Assembly: GCF_044324785.1 (NCBI RefSeq)
Contig: NZ_CP172127.1
Strand: one strand, 5' to 3'
Source of the DNA: Escherichia coli
Lineage (GTDB): Bacteria > Pseudomonadota > Gammaproteobacteria > Enterobacterales > Enterobacteriaceae
Length of the DNA stretch: 64,000 nt
In this document: positions 48,556 through 60,748 of the stretch, in pieces
Layout of the letters: each line of letters starts with the position of its first letter
Numbering within the stretch: the stretch's first letter is position 1
Translations under genes and position numbers: made by a program
Notes under the pieces: model-generated
The model's database searches: none
What the model saw: only the letters and a program-made list of their open reading frames with translations
Told to the model about the DNA's origin: nothing

Positions 48556-49668
48556 ATGTATTCCCCTATGAAGAAAGATGTCGAAAAAATAACGTGGGAG
48601 GAATTACTCTTTGAGTACTTCCTTGAGAAAAATCTTAAACCTGATACTGAACACAGCTACCGCAAAGTTGTCCGTCTGTTTGATAAGTTCCTGGGCGGTG
48701 ATTCCTGGCCCGGCGATGTCACACCGAGAGACATTCAGCGATGGCGACGTCATATGCTTAAAGATCAGGGGCGTTCAGTAAACACCTGGAATAACAGAGT
48801 GTCACATCTCCGACCGCTCCTGGCGCTTGGGATCAAGAAAAAGTGGTTACCACAGACGGAAAATCCGCTTGATGGCACTTCAGTGCCCGGGGCATCAAAA
48901 CAGAAAAAAACGCTCACTGATAAAGAGATGGTCAGGATTTACCGTACAGTTCAGGCTTTTGCTGAAGCTGAGGCCAATAAGATGGTGATCTGTGACAGGC
49001 GGCGCAATGCGATGTACCCTGCATGGTACTGGCTGATCGTGCTGGATACGCTGCGCTTCACGGGGATGCGTTTTAACCAGCTGAAACATATCAGGCTGAA
49101 GGATATTCATGAGGATGAGGCGGTGATTACCCTTCAGCTGGAAGGGAGTAAAACCCGACGTGAATGGCGTGTGCCGATTGTGGAATCGTTACGACTTTCA
49201 CTGAAACATCTTATTGAGTGCGCCCGTGTCAATGGTGCGTCGGATAATGACTATCTCTTTGATGTCTGCCTGTACAGCGAGCATTACAGTCCCGGGAAAT
49301 ACCAGTACTGTGCCAAAAGAGCGCATCAGTCGGTCAAATCTTTTTTCCGCAGACTGAGCCGTGAATGTGGTTTTTTTGTCTCGTCACACAGATTCAGACA
49401 CACACTGGCAACAAAGCTGATGGCGGCACCGGAGCGTAATCTGCACATGGTCAAATCCATTCTGGGGCACAGGAGTGTTGCCACCACCATGGAGTATATT
49501 GATTTTTCGGTGGAAGTTGCTGCTGAGGCACTGGAGGCTGAACTCGGTTTATCCACGGATGAGGCGACAAAAAGACGGATTAAAGAGGCGAAAAAACGCC
49601 GTGAGGCCAGTACCGGGAAAAAGGAAAAACAGGAAAGTTCTGGAGGGGAACTTTCTGACAAGGAATAA
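48556..49668 (+). CDS. int: tyrosine integrase of the island (alternative start at 48568)
   Basis: 370 aa; HxxR (SHRFRHT) and C-terminal GHRSVATTMEYIDF catalytic-Tyr region; adjacent to tRNA-Phe. Confidence 0.8.
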   Translation: MYSPMKKDVEKITWEELLFEYFLEKNLKPDTEHSYRKVVRLFDKFLGGDSWPGDVTPRDIQRWRRHMLKDQGRSVNTWNNRVSHLRPLLALGIKKKWLPQTENPLDGTSVPGASKQKKTLTDKEMVRIYRTVQAFAEAEANKMVICDRRRNAMYPAWYWLIVLDTLRFTGMRFNQLKHIRLKDIHEDEAVITLQLEGSKTRREWRVPIVESLRLSLKHLIECARVNGASDNDYLFDVCLYSEHYSPGKYQYCAKRAHQSVKSFFRRLSRECGFFVSSHRFRHTLATKLMAAPERNLHMVKSILGHRSVATTMEYIDFSVEVAAEALEAELGLSTDEATKRRIKEAKKRREASTGKKEKQESSGGELSDKE

Positions 49669-49872
49669 ACATGCTTGACATCGGACCAGAATGGTGTAAG
49701 CATTTTTGCGTATGCGAGAGCGTGACACCTGTTACCAGCAGGTGCCACGCTTGAGGATACGATACTGAAACCACAGTGTAACCAGACTTACACGGAGATT
49801 TCGTTATGACCGGATCCTGTATTAGACGCCCGTTAAGGATCTCATCCCTTAACCAGCGTACTTTGATGCGTT

Positions 49873-49948
49873 TGGTGCCCGGAGGCGGAATCGAACCACC
49901 GACACGGGGATTTTCAATCCCCTGCTCTACCGACTGAGCTATCCGGGC
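49873..49948 (-). tRNA. pheV: tRNA-Phe (anticodon GAA), variant T-stem
   Basis: 76 nt ending CCA; matches E. coli tRNA-Phe as recalled except T-stem GGTGG/CCGCC instead of CTTGG/CCGAG (compensatory). Confidence 0.9.
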
Positions 49949-50053
49949 AACGGGGCGCATTAAACCTGATTCGCCTCGTCTCGTCAATCAAATTTCTTCA
50001 ATTTAGTGCAGACTGCACAATCTATCATCACTTTGCCGCTATTGCACACATTG

Positions 50054-50761
50054 TCAGGCAAACCAGGCGGTCCAGGCGGCGGAAAGCGGCATTGCCAGAA
50101 GGAGTGCTGGAAGCATGTTGACCACCGGGAACATTTTAATACCACAGATGCGTAATCCGGTTGCCAGCAGCAATAAACCGCCTACGGCGCTGAAGTCTGC
50201 CATCATCGACGGTGTGGTCAGCGGTAATATCAGCGCGGCAGCCCACGCCAGTGTTAACTGGATGATCAGTAATGGAATGCTAATCACCGACACCGCAATA
50301 CCCAGCGAGCAGGCGAAGATCATCGCCGTAAAGAAATCAAGAAATGACTTGGCGATTAAAATACTCGGATCGCCGGTCATCCCTTCGTTCATCGCCCCGA
50401 AGATTCCGGTGCCGCTGGCGCAAAACAGAACAATAATCGCGACAAAATTCTGAATAAAAGATTCATGCGCTGGCTTCTTACGCGAGTGGTGAAACAGATT
50501 ATGCGCTTTGACGACCACTGTATTGACGCCTTTTTCCAGCAGACAAATTTCGCCGATTAATGCTCCGAGTAAGGTTGCTAAAACCATCGCCGGAAGGTTG
50601 GCGCATTTCACCACCAGTAAAATACCAATCCCCAGCGATGCCAGACCAAAAATTGATGTCATGGAGACGCGGATACGTTCCGGTAAGCGTTGGCTAAGGA
50701 GTGCGCCGAAAACGCCACCCAGTAAGACTGCACTTGCGTTGATAAAAGGGCCGATGACCAC
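50054..50761 (-). CDS. yqgA: DUF554 inner-membrane protein YqgA
   Basis: 235 aa, near-identical to E. coli YqgA as recalled; synteny. Confidence 0.85.
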   Translation of the reverse strand: MVIGPFINASAVLLGGVFGALLSQRLPERIRVSMTSIFGLASLGIGILLVVKCANLPAMVLATLLGALIGEICLLEKGVNTVVVKAHNLFHHSRKKPAHESFIQNFVAIIVLFCASGTGIFGAMNEGMTGDPSILIAKSFLDFFTAMIFACSLGIAVSVISIPLLIIQLTLAWAAALILPLTTPSMMADFSAVGGLLLLATGLRICGIKMFPVVNMLPALLLAMPLSAAWTAWFA

Positions 50762-51159
50762 AAGAGTTCCTGTTAGCTGTATTGTTTGATTTTCTTATTA
50801 TGAACTTTTGGCGCCGTCGATGGCTTGTTTGTTCGCAAAGTCCTGGCTTGCACGCTTTAGCGAAAGGTGCCATGATTGCGCGAATTTTCTCCTCTCTGTA
50901 CGGAGTTTGCCCGATGCACGCCACCTCCTTACATTCTCTCGCTTATCGCCGTTTTGCGCGAAACTCTTCTCTTTTTATGCTACTGCTCATGCGGTGAAGT
51001 TAACGCACGCTCACTGCAGGACAACAGTAAAATCAGAGCGTTTCTGCTTTTACTGATGTCTGGTGGTCGGAGCTGGTGACCAGTTTGACCCATATCTCAT
51101 GGGGCAGGGTTTTCCACCTTGTCCGGTATTCTTACTTCCCCTAAACGGGTTTTGCGCTT

Positions 51160-53295
51160 ATGAAATCAATGAATATTGCCGCCAGTAGTGAACTGGTATC
51201 CCGACTTTCTACTCATCGCCGCGTGGTGGCGTTGGGAGATACTGATTTTACGGACGTCGCGGCAGTCGTCATTACCGCTGCGGATAGTCGCAGTGGCATT
51301 CTTGCGTTGCTTAAGCGCACCGGTTTTCATCTACCGGTGTTTTTGTATTCCGAACATGCTGTTGAATTACCTGCGGGCGTTACGGCGGTAATCAACGGCA
51401 ACGAGCAGCAGTGGCTGGAGCTGGAATCCGCAGCCTGTCAGTATGAAGAGAATTTGCTGCCACCGTTTTATGACACGCTGACGCAGTACGTTGAGATGGG
51501 TAATAGCACCTTTGCTTGCCCTGGACATCAACATGGTGCGTTCTTTAAAAAGCATCCTGCCGGACGCCATTTTTACGATTTCTTTGGCGAGAACATCTTT
51601 CGCGCCGATATGTGTAACGCTGACGTAAAATTGGGCGATCTGCTTATTCATGAAGGATCGGCGAAAGATGCGCAGAAATTTGCAGCCAAAGTCTTTCATG
51701 CCGATAAAACCTATTTTGTGCTGAACGGCACATCGGCAGCGAATAAAGTGGTGACGAATGCGCTGTTAACGCGTGGCGATCTGGTGCTCTTCGACCGTAA
51801 CAACCGTAAGTCGAATCATCATGGCGCGTTGATTCAGGCGGGGGCGACGCCGGTCTATCTGCAAGCTTCACGTAACCCGTTTGGTTTCATTGGCGGTATT
51901 GATGCGCACTGTTTTAATGAAGAGTATCTGCGCCAGCAAATTCGCGACGTTGCGCCAGAAAAAGCCGACCTGCCGCGCCCGTTTCGCCTGGCGATTATTC
52001 AGCTGGGAACCTATGACGGCACTGTCTATAACGCCCGTCAGGTGATCGATACCGTTGGGCATCTGTGTGATTACATTCTGTTTGATTCCGCGTGGGTCGG
52101 TTACGAACAGTTTATCCCGATGATGGCGGATAGCTCGCCGCTGCTGTTAGAACTTAACGAAAACGATCCGGGGATCTTTGTGACTCAGTCGGTGCACAAA
52201 CAGCAGGCGGGATTCTCACAGACGTCGCAGATCCATAAAAAAGATAACCATATCCGTGGACAGGCGCGTTTTTGCCCACATAAGCGGTTGAATAATGCCT
52301 TTATGCTCCATGCTTCTACCAGCCCGTTCTATCCGCTGTTCGCCGCCCTGGACGTTAACGCCAAAATTCATGAAGGGGAGAGTGGGCGTCGGCTGTGGGC
52401 TGAGTGCGTTGAGTTGGGTATTGAGTCGCGCAAGGCTATTCTTACGCGCTGTAAGCTGTTCCGCCCGTTTATCCCGCCCGTTGTTGATGGCAAATTGTGG
52501 CAGGATTATCCGACGTCAGTGTTAGCCAGCGACCGCCGTTTTTTCAGTTTTGAGCCGGGGGCGAATTGGCACGGCTTTGAAGGATATGCCGCGGATCAGT
52601 ATTTTGTTGATCCGTGCAAGCTGTTACTCACCACGCCGGGTATCGATGCCGAAACCGGCGAATATAGCGACTTTGGCGTTCCGGCGACGATTCTGGCGCA
52701 CTACCTGCGTGAGAACGGCATTGTGCCGGAGAAGTGCGATCTCAACTCCATTCTGTTCTTATTAACTCCGGCGGAAAGCCACGAGAAGCTGGCACAACTG
52801 GTGGCGATGCTGGCGCAGTTTGAACAGCATATTGAGGATGATTCGCCGCTGGCTGAGGTGTTGCCGAGCGTTTATAACAAATATCCGGTGCGCTATCGCG
52901 ACTACACCCTGCGCCAGTTGTGTCAGGAGATGCACGATTTGTATGTCAGTTTCGACGTCAAAGACCTACAAAAAGCGATGTTCCGCCAGCAGAGTTTCCC
53001 GTCAGTGGTGATGAATCCCCAGGATGCGCATAGCGCTTATATTCGCGGTGAAGTGGAGTTGGTGCGGATTCGTGATGCCGAAGGGCGAATTGCGGCAGAA
53101 GGGGCGTTGCCTTATCCACCTGGCGTGCTTTGCGTGGTACCCGGGGAAGTCTGGGGTGGGGCGGTTCAACGTTATTTCCTTGCGCTGGAAGAAGGCGTGA
53201 ATTTGTTGCCGGGATTTTCGCCGGAGTTGCAAGGTGTCTATAGCGAAACCGATGCGGATGGCATGAAACGGTTGTACGGTTATGTGTTGAAGTAA
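51160..53295 (+). CDS. speC: ornithine decarboxylase, constitutive
   Basis: 711 aa, near-identical to E. coli SpeC as recalled. Confidence 0.95.
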   Translation: MKSMNIAASSELVSRLSTHRRVVALGDTDFTDVAAVVITAADSRSGILALLKRTGFHLPVFLYSEHAVELPAGVTAVINGNEQQWLELESAACQYEENLLPPFYDTLTQYVEMGNSTFACPGHQHGAFFKKHPAGRHFYDFFGENIFRADMCNADVKLGDLLIHEGSAKDAQKFAAKVFHADKTYFVLNGTSAANKVVTNALLTRGDLVLFDRNNRKSNHHGALIQAGATPVYLQASRNPFGFIGGIDAHCFNEEYLRQQIRDVAPEKADLPRPFRLAIIQLGTYDGTVYNARQVIDTVGHLCDYILFDSAWVGYEQFIPMMADSSPLLLELNENDPGIFVTQSVHKQQAGFSQTSQIHKKDNHIRGQARFCPHKRLNNAFMLHASTSPFYPLFAALDVNAKIHEGESGRRLWAECVELGIESRKAILTRCKLFRPFIPPVVDGKLWQDYPTSVLASDRRFFSFEPGANWHGFEGYAADQYFVDPCKLLLTTPGIDAETGEYSDFGVPATILAHYLRENGIVPEKCDLNSILFLLTPAESHEKLAQLVAMLAQFEQHIEDDSPLAEVLPSVYNKYPVRYRDYTLRQLCQEMHDLYVSFDVKDLQKAMFRQQSFPSVVMNPQDAHSAYIRGEVELVRIRDAEGRIAAEGALPYPPGVLCVVPGEVWGGAVQRYFLALEEGVNLLPGFSPELQGVYSETDADGMKRLYGYVLK

Positions 53296-53306
53296 GAATA
53301 AAAAAA

Positions 53307-53333
53307 CGGGTCACCTTCTGGCGACCCGTTTTT
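53307..53333. terminator. bidirectional rho-independent terminator between speC and nupG
   Basis: A6-CGGGTC...GACCCG-T5. Confidence 0.6.
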
Positions 53334-53343
53334 CTTTGCGTAA

Positions 53344-54600
53344 TTAGTGGCTAACCGTCTGTGTACCTGTCGGGACACGAACGTGTTTATATTTGAACAT
53401 CGCCATGAACGCGAAGGCCAGAACCACGGAGTAACCTGCGAAAATCAGCCATACGGTCTGCCAGTCGGTAATGCCGTTTTGGGTGTACATCTCAACCACT
53501 TTACCGCTCACGATGCCGCCGAGGATACAGCCGAAGCCGTTGGTCATCATCAGGAACATCCCCTGCGCGCTGGCGCGAATTGCCGGGCTAACTTCTTTTT
53601 CGACAAACACCGAACCAGAGATGTTGAAGAAGTCGAATGCGCAACCGTAAACGATCATCGACAGTACCAGCAGTACAGTACCGAACGGAGTCGGGTCGCC
53701 GTAAGCAAACAGAGCAAAACGCAGGATCCACGCCACAATACTGATCATCATTACGTTCTTAATACCGTAGCGGCTTAAGAAGAACGGGATGGTCAGAATG
53801 AACAGGGTTTCAGAGATCTGCGAAATCGACATGATGATTGACGCATGCTGCACGATGAAGCTGCTGGCAAACATCGGATCTTTGTCGAAGCTGTGCAGGA
53901 AGGTATTACCGAACATGTTGGTAATCTGCAGTTCCGCGCCCAGCAGCATTGAGAAGATGAAGAAGATTGCCATGCGCTTGTTTTTAAACAGAGCGAATGC
54001 ATCGAGGCCCAGCAGGGTTGTCCAGCTCTGATTCGCTTGCTGTTTAGCAACCGGAATATGCGGCAGAGTCAGGGTAAACAGAACCAGAATGGCGGAAAGC
54101 GCTGCGCCAATATACAGCTGCATGTGGCTTAATTCGAAGCCGGACAGGCTCACCACCCACATTGCCATGATAAAGCCGATGGTGCCCCAGATACGGATTG
54201 GCGGGAAGTCAGTAACGATATCCATCCCGGCATTTTGCAGGCGATAGTAAGAGATGGTGTTGATTAACCCAAGCGTTGGCATATAAGCAAACGAGTTAAT
54301 CAATATCACAAGGAACATCGCCTCCGGCGTAGTGACCTCTGCCGCCATGAACAGCGTGATAGCGCCAATGGTGTGGCAAATGGCATAGACCCATTTCGCA
54401 CTTAACCATTTGTCGGCCACAATCCCCAGCAGCGCAGGCATAAAGACCGCGGCGATACCCAGTGAGCTATAAACTGCGCCGATAGAAGCACCGTCAAACT
54501 TCAGGGTAACAAACATATAGGAGCCGAGGGTCGTCAGCCAACTTCCCCACAGACAGAACTGCAGAAAAGAGAGGATTTTCAGCTGCAGCTTAAGATTCAT
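53344..54600 (-). CDS. nupG: nucleoside:H+ symporter NupG
   Basis: 418 aa from MNLKLQLKILSFLQF; MFS transporter. Confidence 0.9.
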   Translation of the reverse strand: MNLKLQLKILSFLQFCLWGSWLTTLGSYMFVTLKFDGASIGAVYSSLGIAAVFMPALLGIVADKWLSAKWVYAICHTIGAITLFMAAEVTTPEAMFLVILINSFAYMPTLGLINTISYYRLQNAGMDIVTDFPPIRIWGTIGFIMAMWVVSLSGFELSHMQLYIGAALSAILVLFTLTLPHIPVAKQQANQSWTTLLGLDAFALFKNKRMAIFFIFSMLLGAELQITNMFGNTFLHSFDKDPMFASSFIVQHASIIMSISQISETLFILTIPFFLSRYGIKNVMMISIVAWILRFALFAYGDPTPFGTVLLVLSMIVYGCAFDFFNISGSVFVEKEVSPAIRASAQGMFLMMTNGFGCILGGIVSGKVVEMYTQNGITDWQTVWLIFAGYSVVLAFAFMAMFKYKHVRVPTGTQTVSH

Positions 54601-54801
54601 GTTAATTTCCTCACATCGTGATGCGGATGAGTGTTTGAAAAAGCACATTTGACCGTGCGAGATGATGCGATTCTATCAACTTCGCGGACTGGTTTTTTGT
54701 TACCTGTGGCAAATAATTGCAAACATTCCCAATTTGCAAAACGAAATTGTGATGTGGATAACATTTTTACCCCTGGGCATCGTCAGGGGCGGTTAGTGGA
54801 A

Positions 54802-55908
<1,107 letters not shown>

Positions 55909-55945
55909 TTATGCAAGTTGCCGGAGGCGTGCTCCGGCACTGTTT

Positions 55946-56224
<279 letters not shown>

Positions 56225-56248
56225 TCATCCTCTTTATCGACTCACGCG

Positions 56249-57301
56249 CTAAACCGGCGCGCCAGTGCGTAACTGCTGTAACAAACGCTCCACGGGAGCC
56301 GCCAGGCCAACTGACGGCGGTTGCGCTAAGTTATACCAGAGCGCATTGTCTTCATCCATGCAGCCGATGAATGACGACACGGGAAGCCACATAGGCACAA
56401 TATCTAAGTGGAAATGGCTGAAGGTATGCCGAAACGCTGTCAGCTGTGTCAGGTTATCGGCAGCAATCTGCCGTTGCGCCAGCCACTGCCGCAAACTTTC
56501 TTCATCGGCAAACTGCGGGAAACAGTATAAACCGCCCCACAATCCGCTCGGCGGACGCTGCGCCAGCAATACTTCATCTTCGTGCTGTAACAGCAAAAAG
56601 TAGCCGGTGCGCTCTGGCAGCGTCTGTTTCGGTTTTTTGCCCGGATAAAGCGACCAGCTATTGTTGGCGGCGGCAATACATCCGTTTTGTAGCGGACAGA
56701 GCGAGCATTTCGGCTTAGAGCGCGTACAAATCATCGCGCCCAAATCCATCATCGCCTGATTAAACCGCTCCACGCCGACCGCGGGCGTCACCTGCTCGCT
56801 CAAACTCCACAGTTTATTCTCGACCTCTTTTTTCCCAGGCCAGCCGCTTACAGCATAGCAGCGCGCCAGCACCCGTTTGACGTTACCGTCGAGAATCGGA
56901 AAGTGCTTACCTAGAGAAAGCGAGAGAATCGCGCCTGCGGTGGAACGCCCGACGCCCGGTAACGCCGCGACTTCTTCAAAGGTTTCCGGGAATTTACCGC
57001 CGTGTAAGGTCGCCACTTGTTGTGCCGCTTTATGCAGATTGCGCGCGCGGGCGTAATAGCCAAGCCCGGTCCACAAGTGGAGAACTTCGTCGAGCGGCGC
57101 ATTGGCGAGATCGGTCACCGTTGGGAAGCGCGCCATAAAGCGTTCAAAATAGGGGATAACGGTCGCAACCTGAGTTTGTTGCAACATCACTTCTGAGAGC
57201 CATACTTTGTAGGGCGTCTTGTCAATTTGCCAGGGCAGCGTTTTCCGCCCGTATTTATCGTACCAGTCCAGAACCTGGGCTGAAAATTGCGACGCTTGCA
57301 T
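56249..57301 (-). CDS. mutY: adenine DNA glycosylase MutY
   Basis: 350 aa from [20 protein letters not shown]; HhH-GPD and C-terminal 4Cys cluster. Confidence 0.9.
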   Translation of the reverse strand: MQASQFSAQVLDWYDKYGRKTLPWQIDKTPYKVWLSEVMLQQTQVATVIPYFERFMARFPTVTDLANAPLDEVLHLWTGLGYYARARNLHKAAQQVATLHGGKFPETFEEVAALPGVGRSTAGAILSLSLGKHFPILDGNVKRVLARCYAVSGWPGKKEVENKLWSLSEQVTPAVGVERFNQAMMDLGAMICTRSKPKCSLCPLQNGCIAAANNSWSLYPGKKPKQTLPERTGYFLLLQHEDEVLLAQRPPSGLWGGLYCFPQFADEESLRQWLAQRQIAADNLTQLTAFRHTFSHFHLDIVPMWLPVSSFIGCMDEDNALWYNLAQPPSVGLAAPVERLLQQLRTGAPV

Positions 57302-57461
57302 GGTCACCGAATTCACTGTTGTTGGGGGCAAGATTGCAGCACAGCGACGGCAGGGTGTAAACCGGAACTTTCCGCAGCCACGGCCTTATCATGCTTGCAT
57401 CCGGCAACTAACTTTGGATAATGCCCGTTTTCAGAACACTTTCACAAGCGACTAAATCTTT

Positions 57462-58181
57462 ATGAAAAACGACGTCATCTCACCGGAATTTGATGAAAAC
57501 GGCCGCCCGCTGCGCCGTATCCGTAGTTTTGTGCGCCGCCAGGGGCGACTGACCAAAGGCCAGGAACATGCGCTGGAAAACTACTGGCCGGTGATGGGCG
57601 TTGAGTTCAGCGAAGATATGCTGGATTTCCCTGCGCTTTTTGGCCGTGAAGCGCCGGTGACGCTTGAGATTGGTTTTGGCATGGGCGCGTCGCTGGTGGC
57701 AATGGCTAAAGATCGCCCCGAGCAGGACTTCCTCGGCATTGAAGTGCATTCACCGGGCGTTGGTGCGTGCCTGTCTTCTGCGCATGAAGAGGGCTTAAGC
57801 AACCTGCGCGTGATGTGTCACGATGCGGTTGAAGTGCTGCATAAAATGATTCCTGACAATTCATTGCGCATGGTGCAGCTCTTTTTCCCTGACCCGTGGC
57901 ACAAAGCGCGCCATAATAAACGCCGTATCGTTCAGGTGCCGTTTGCCGAGCTGGTAAAAAGCAAACTGCAGCTGGGGGGCATATTCCATATGGCGACCGA
58001 CTGGGAACCTTATGCGGAACATATGCTTGAAGTGATGTCTTCTATTGACGGTTATAAAAACCTGTCAGAGAGCAATGATTACGTACCGCGTCCGGCATCA
58101 CGTCCGGTGACGAAATTTGAACAACGTGGTCATCGTCTTGGTCACGGAGTATGGGACTTAATGTTCGAGAGGGTGAAATAA
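57462..58181 (+). CDS. trmB: tRNA (guanine46-N7)-methyltransferase
   Basis: 239 aa; divergent from mutY. Confidence 0.9.
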   Translation: MKNDVISPEFDENGRPLRRIRSFVRRQGRLTKGQEHALENYWPVMGVEFSEDMLDFPALFGREAPVTLEIGFGMGASLVAMAKDRPEQDFLGIEVHSPGVGACLSSAHEEGLSNLRVMCHDAVEVLHKMIPDNSLRMVQLFFPDPWHKARHNKRRIVQVPFAELVKSKLQLGGIFHMATDWEPYAEHMLEVMSSIDGYKNLSESNDYVPRPASRPVTKFEQRGHRLGHGVWDLMFERVK

Positions 58182-58507
58182 TGGCAAAGAACCGTAGCCG
58201 TCGTCTGCGTAAAAAAATGCACATCGACGAATTCCAGGAATTAGGATTTTCGGTGGCATGGCGATTCCCGGAAGGTACATCGGAAGAACAGATTGATAAA
58301 ACCGTTGATGACTTTATTAACGAGGTTATCGAACCGAACAAACTGGCCTTTGACGGCAGCGGTTATCTGGCCTGGGAAGGTCTGATCTGCATGCAGGAAA
58401 TCGGCAAATGCACCGAAGAACATCAGGCGATTGTGCGTAAGTGGCTGGAAGAACGCAAACTGGAAGAGGTACGCACCAGCGAACTTTTCGACGTTTGGTG
58501 GGACTAA
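58181..58507 (+). CDS. yggL: DUF469 protein YggL
   Basis: 108 aa from [18 protein letters not shown]; start overlaps trmB stop. Confidence 0.85.
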   Translation: MAKNRSRRLRKKMHIDEFQELGFSVAWRFPEGTSEEQIDKTVDDFINEVIEPNKLAFDGSGYLAWEGLICMQEIGKCTEEHQAIVRKWLEERKLEEVRTSELFDVWWD

Positions 58508-58690
58508 GAAAGCATACGGGCGATGACAAATGCAAAACTGCCTGATGTGCTACGCTTATCAGGCCTATAAAGATGCACGATCGAGTAGGCTGGATAAGGC
58601 GTTTACGCCGCATCCGGCATGGAAAACGCGCACTTTGTTATCAATCTGGGGCCAGCAAATGCTGGCCTGATTTGTTCTTGAGGGAAGACT

Positions 58691-59410
58691 ATGATGCGCA
58701 AAATGCTGCTGGCGGCAGCACTTTCAGTGACGGCAATGACCGCTCACGCCGACTACCAGTGCAGCGTCACGCCGCGTGACGATGTGATTGTCAGCCCGCA
58801 AACCGTGCAGGTGAAGGGCGAAAACGGCAATCTGGTGATCACGCCAGACGGCAACGTGATGTATAACGGTAAGCAATATTCCCTGAATGCCGCCCAGCGC
58901 GAGCAGGCGAAGGATTATCAGGCTGAACTACGTAGCACCCTGCCGTGGATTGATGAAGGCGCGAAAAGCCGCGTCGAGAAAGCCCGTATTGCGCTGGATA
59001 AAATTATCGTTCAGGAGATGGGCGAAAGCAGCAAAATGCGCAGCCGTCTGACCAAACTTGATGCGCAGCTGAAAGAGCAGATGAACCGCATTATCGAAAC
59101 GCGCAGCGATGGCCTGACGTTTCACTATAAAGCCATTGATCAGGTTCGTGCCGAAGGCCAGCAATTAGTGAATCAGGCAATGGGCGGAATTTTACAGGAC
59201 AGCATTAATGAAATGGGCGCGAAAGCGGTGCTGAAAAGCGGCGGTAACCCATTACAGAACGTGCTGGGAAGCCTGGGCGGTCTGCAATCCTCAATCCAAA
59301 CAGAGTGGAAAAAGCAGGAAAAAGATTTCCAGCAGTTTGGCAAAGATGTTTGTAGCCGCGTTGTGACTCTGGAAGATAGCCGCAAAGCCCTGGTCGGGAA
59401 TTTAAAATAA
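58691..59410 (+). CDS. yggN: DUF2884 periplasmic protein YggN
   Basis: 239 aa with signal peptide; synteny. Confidence 0.8.
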   Translation: MMRKMLLAAALSVTAMTAHADYQCSVTPRDDVIVSPQTVQVKGENGNLVITPDGNVMYNGKQYSLNAAQREQAKDYQAELRSTLPWIDEGAKSRVEKARIALDKIIVQEMGESSKMRSRLTKLDAQLKEQMNRIIETRSDGLTFHYKAIDQVRAEGQQLVNQAMGGILQDSINEMGAKAVLKSGGNPLQNVLGSLGGLQSSIQTEWKKQEKDFQQFGKDVCSRVVTLEDSRKALVGNLK

Positions 59411-59585
59411 TCCTCTATTTTAAGACGGCATAATACTTTTTTATGCCGTTTAATTCTTCGTTTTGTTACCTGCCTCTAACTTTGTAGATCTCCAAAATAT
59501 ATTCACGTTGTAAATTGTTTAACGTCAAATTTCCCATACAAAGCTAAGGGATAATGCGTAGCGTTCACGTAACTGGAGGAATGAA

Positions 59586-60632
59586 ATGGAGTTTTTCAAA
59601 AAGACGGCACTTGCCGCACTGGTTATGGGTTTTAGTGGTGCAGCATTGGCATTACCCAATATCACCATTTTAGCAACCGGCGGGACCATTGCCGGTGGTG
59701 GTGACTCCGCAACCAAATCTAACTACACAGCGGGTAAAGTTGGCGTAGAAAATCTGGTTAATGCGGTGCCGCAACTGAAGGACATTGCGAACGTTAAAGG
59801 CGAGCAGGTAGTGAATATTGGCTCCCAGGACATGAACGATGATGTCTGGCTGACACTGGCGAAAAAAATTAACACCGACTGCGATAAAACTGACGGCTTC
59901 GTCATTACCCACGGTACCGACACGATGGAAGAAACCGCTTACTTCCTCGACCTGACGGTGAAATGCGACAAACCGGTGGTGATGGTCGGTGCAATGCGCC
60001 CGTCCACGTCTATGAGCGCAGACGGTCCATTCAACCTGTATAACGCGGTAGTGACCGCAGCTGATAAAGCCTCCGCTAATCGTGGCGTACTGGTAGTGAT
60101 GAACGACACCGTGCTTGATGGCCGTGATGTCACCAAAACCAACACCACCGACGTAGCGACCTTCAAGTCTGTTAACTACGGTCCTCTGGGTTACATTCAC
60201 AACGGTAAGATTGACTACCAACGTACCCCGGTACGTAAGCACACCAGCGACACGCCGTTCGATGTCTCTAAGCTGAATGAACTGCCGAAAGTCGGCATTG
60301 TTTATAACTACGCTAACGCATCCGATCTTCCGGCTAAAGCACTGGTAGATGCGGGCTATGATGGCATCGTTAGCGCTGGCGTGGGTAACGGCAACCTGTA
60401 TAAAACCGTATTTGACACCCTTGCAACCGCTGCGAAAAACGGCACTGCAGTAGTGCGTTCTTCCCGCGTACCGACGGGCGCTACCACTCAGGATGCCGAA
60501 GTGGATGATGCGAAATACGGCTTCGTCGCCTCTGGCACGTTGAACCCGCAAAAAGCGCGCGTTCTGCTGCAACTGGCTCTGACGCAAACTAAAGATCCGC
60601 AGCAGATCCAGCAGATCTTCAATCAGTACTAA
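59586..60632 (+). CDS. ansB: L-asparaginase 2 (periplasmic)
   Basis: 348 aa; signal peptide; TGGTIAG and HGTDTMEETA motifs. Confidence 0.95.
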   Translation: MEFFKKTALAALVMGFSGAALALPNITILATGGTIAGGGDSATKSNYTAGKVGVENLVNAVPQLKDIANVKGEQVVNIGSQDMNDDVWLTLAKKINTDCDKTDGFVITHGTDTMEETAYFLDLTVKCDKPVVMVGAMRPSTSMSADGPFNLYNAVVTAADKASANRGVLVVMNDTVLDGRDVTKTNTTDVATFKSVNYGPLGYIHNGKIDYQRTPVRKHTSDTPFDVSKLNELPKVGIVYNYANASDLPAKALVDAGYDGIVSAGVGNGNLYKTVFDTLATAAKNGTAVVRSSRVPTGATTQDAEVDDAKYGFVASGTLNPQKARVLLQLALTQTKDPQQIQQIFNQY

Positions 60633-60648
60633 TCACTTCGCCCCGGTA

Positions 60649-60669
60649 TCGTGCCGGGGCTTATTCACT
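60649..60669 (+). terminator. hairpin terminator after ansB
   Basis: GCCCCGG-TATCGT-GCCGGGGC. Confidence 0.45.
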
Positions 60670-60748
60670 TCAGACTCACGTCCATTGCCAATTTTTATTA
60701 CCCTAATGATAATCACCGGAATAAATTATTCCGCGCGAGGGTTTTCGG

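Noticed and set aside
59670-60587. 305-aa minus-strand ORF inside ansB
   Set aside because: Antisense to a highly conserved chromosomal gene; spurious.
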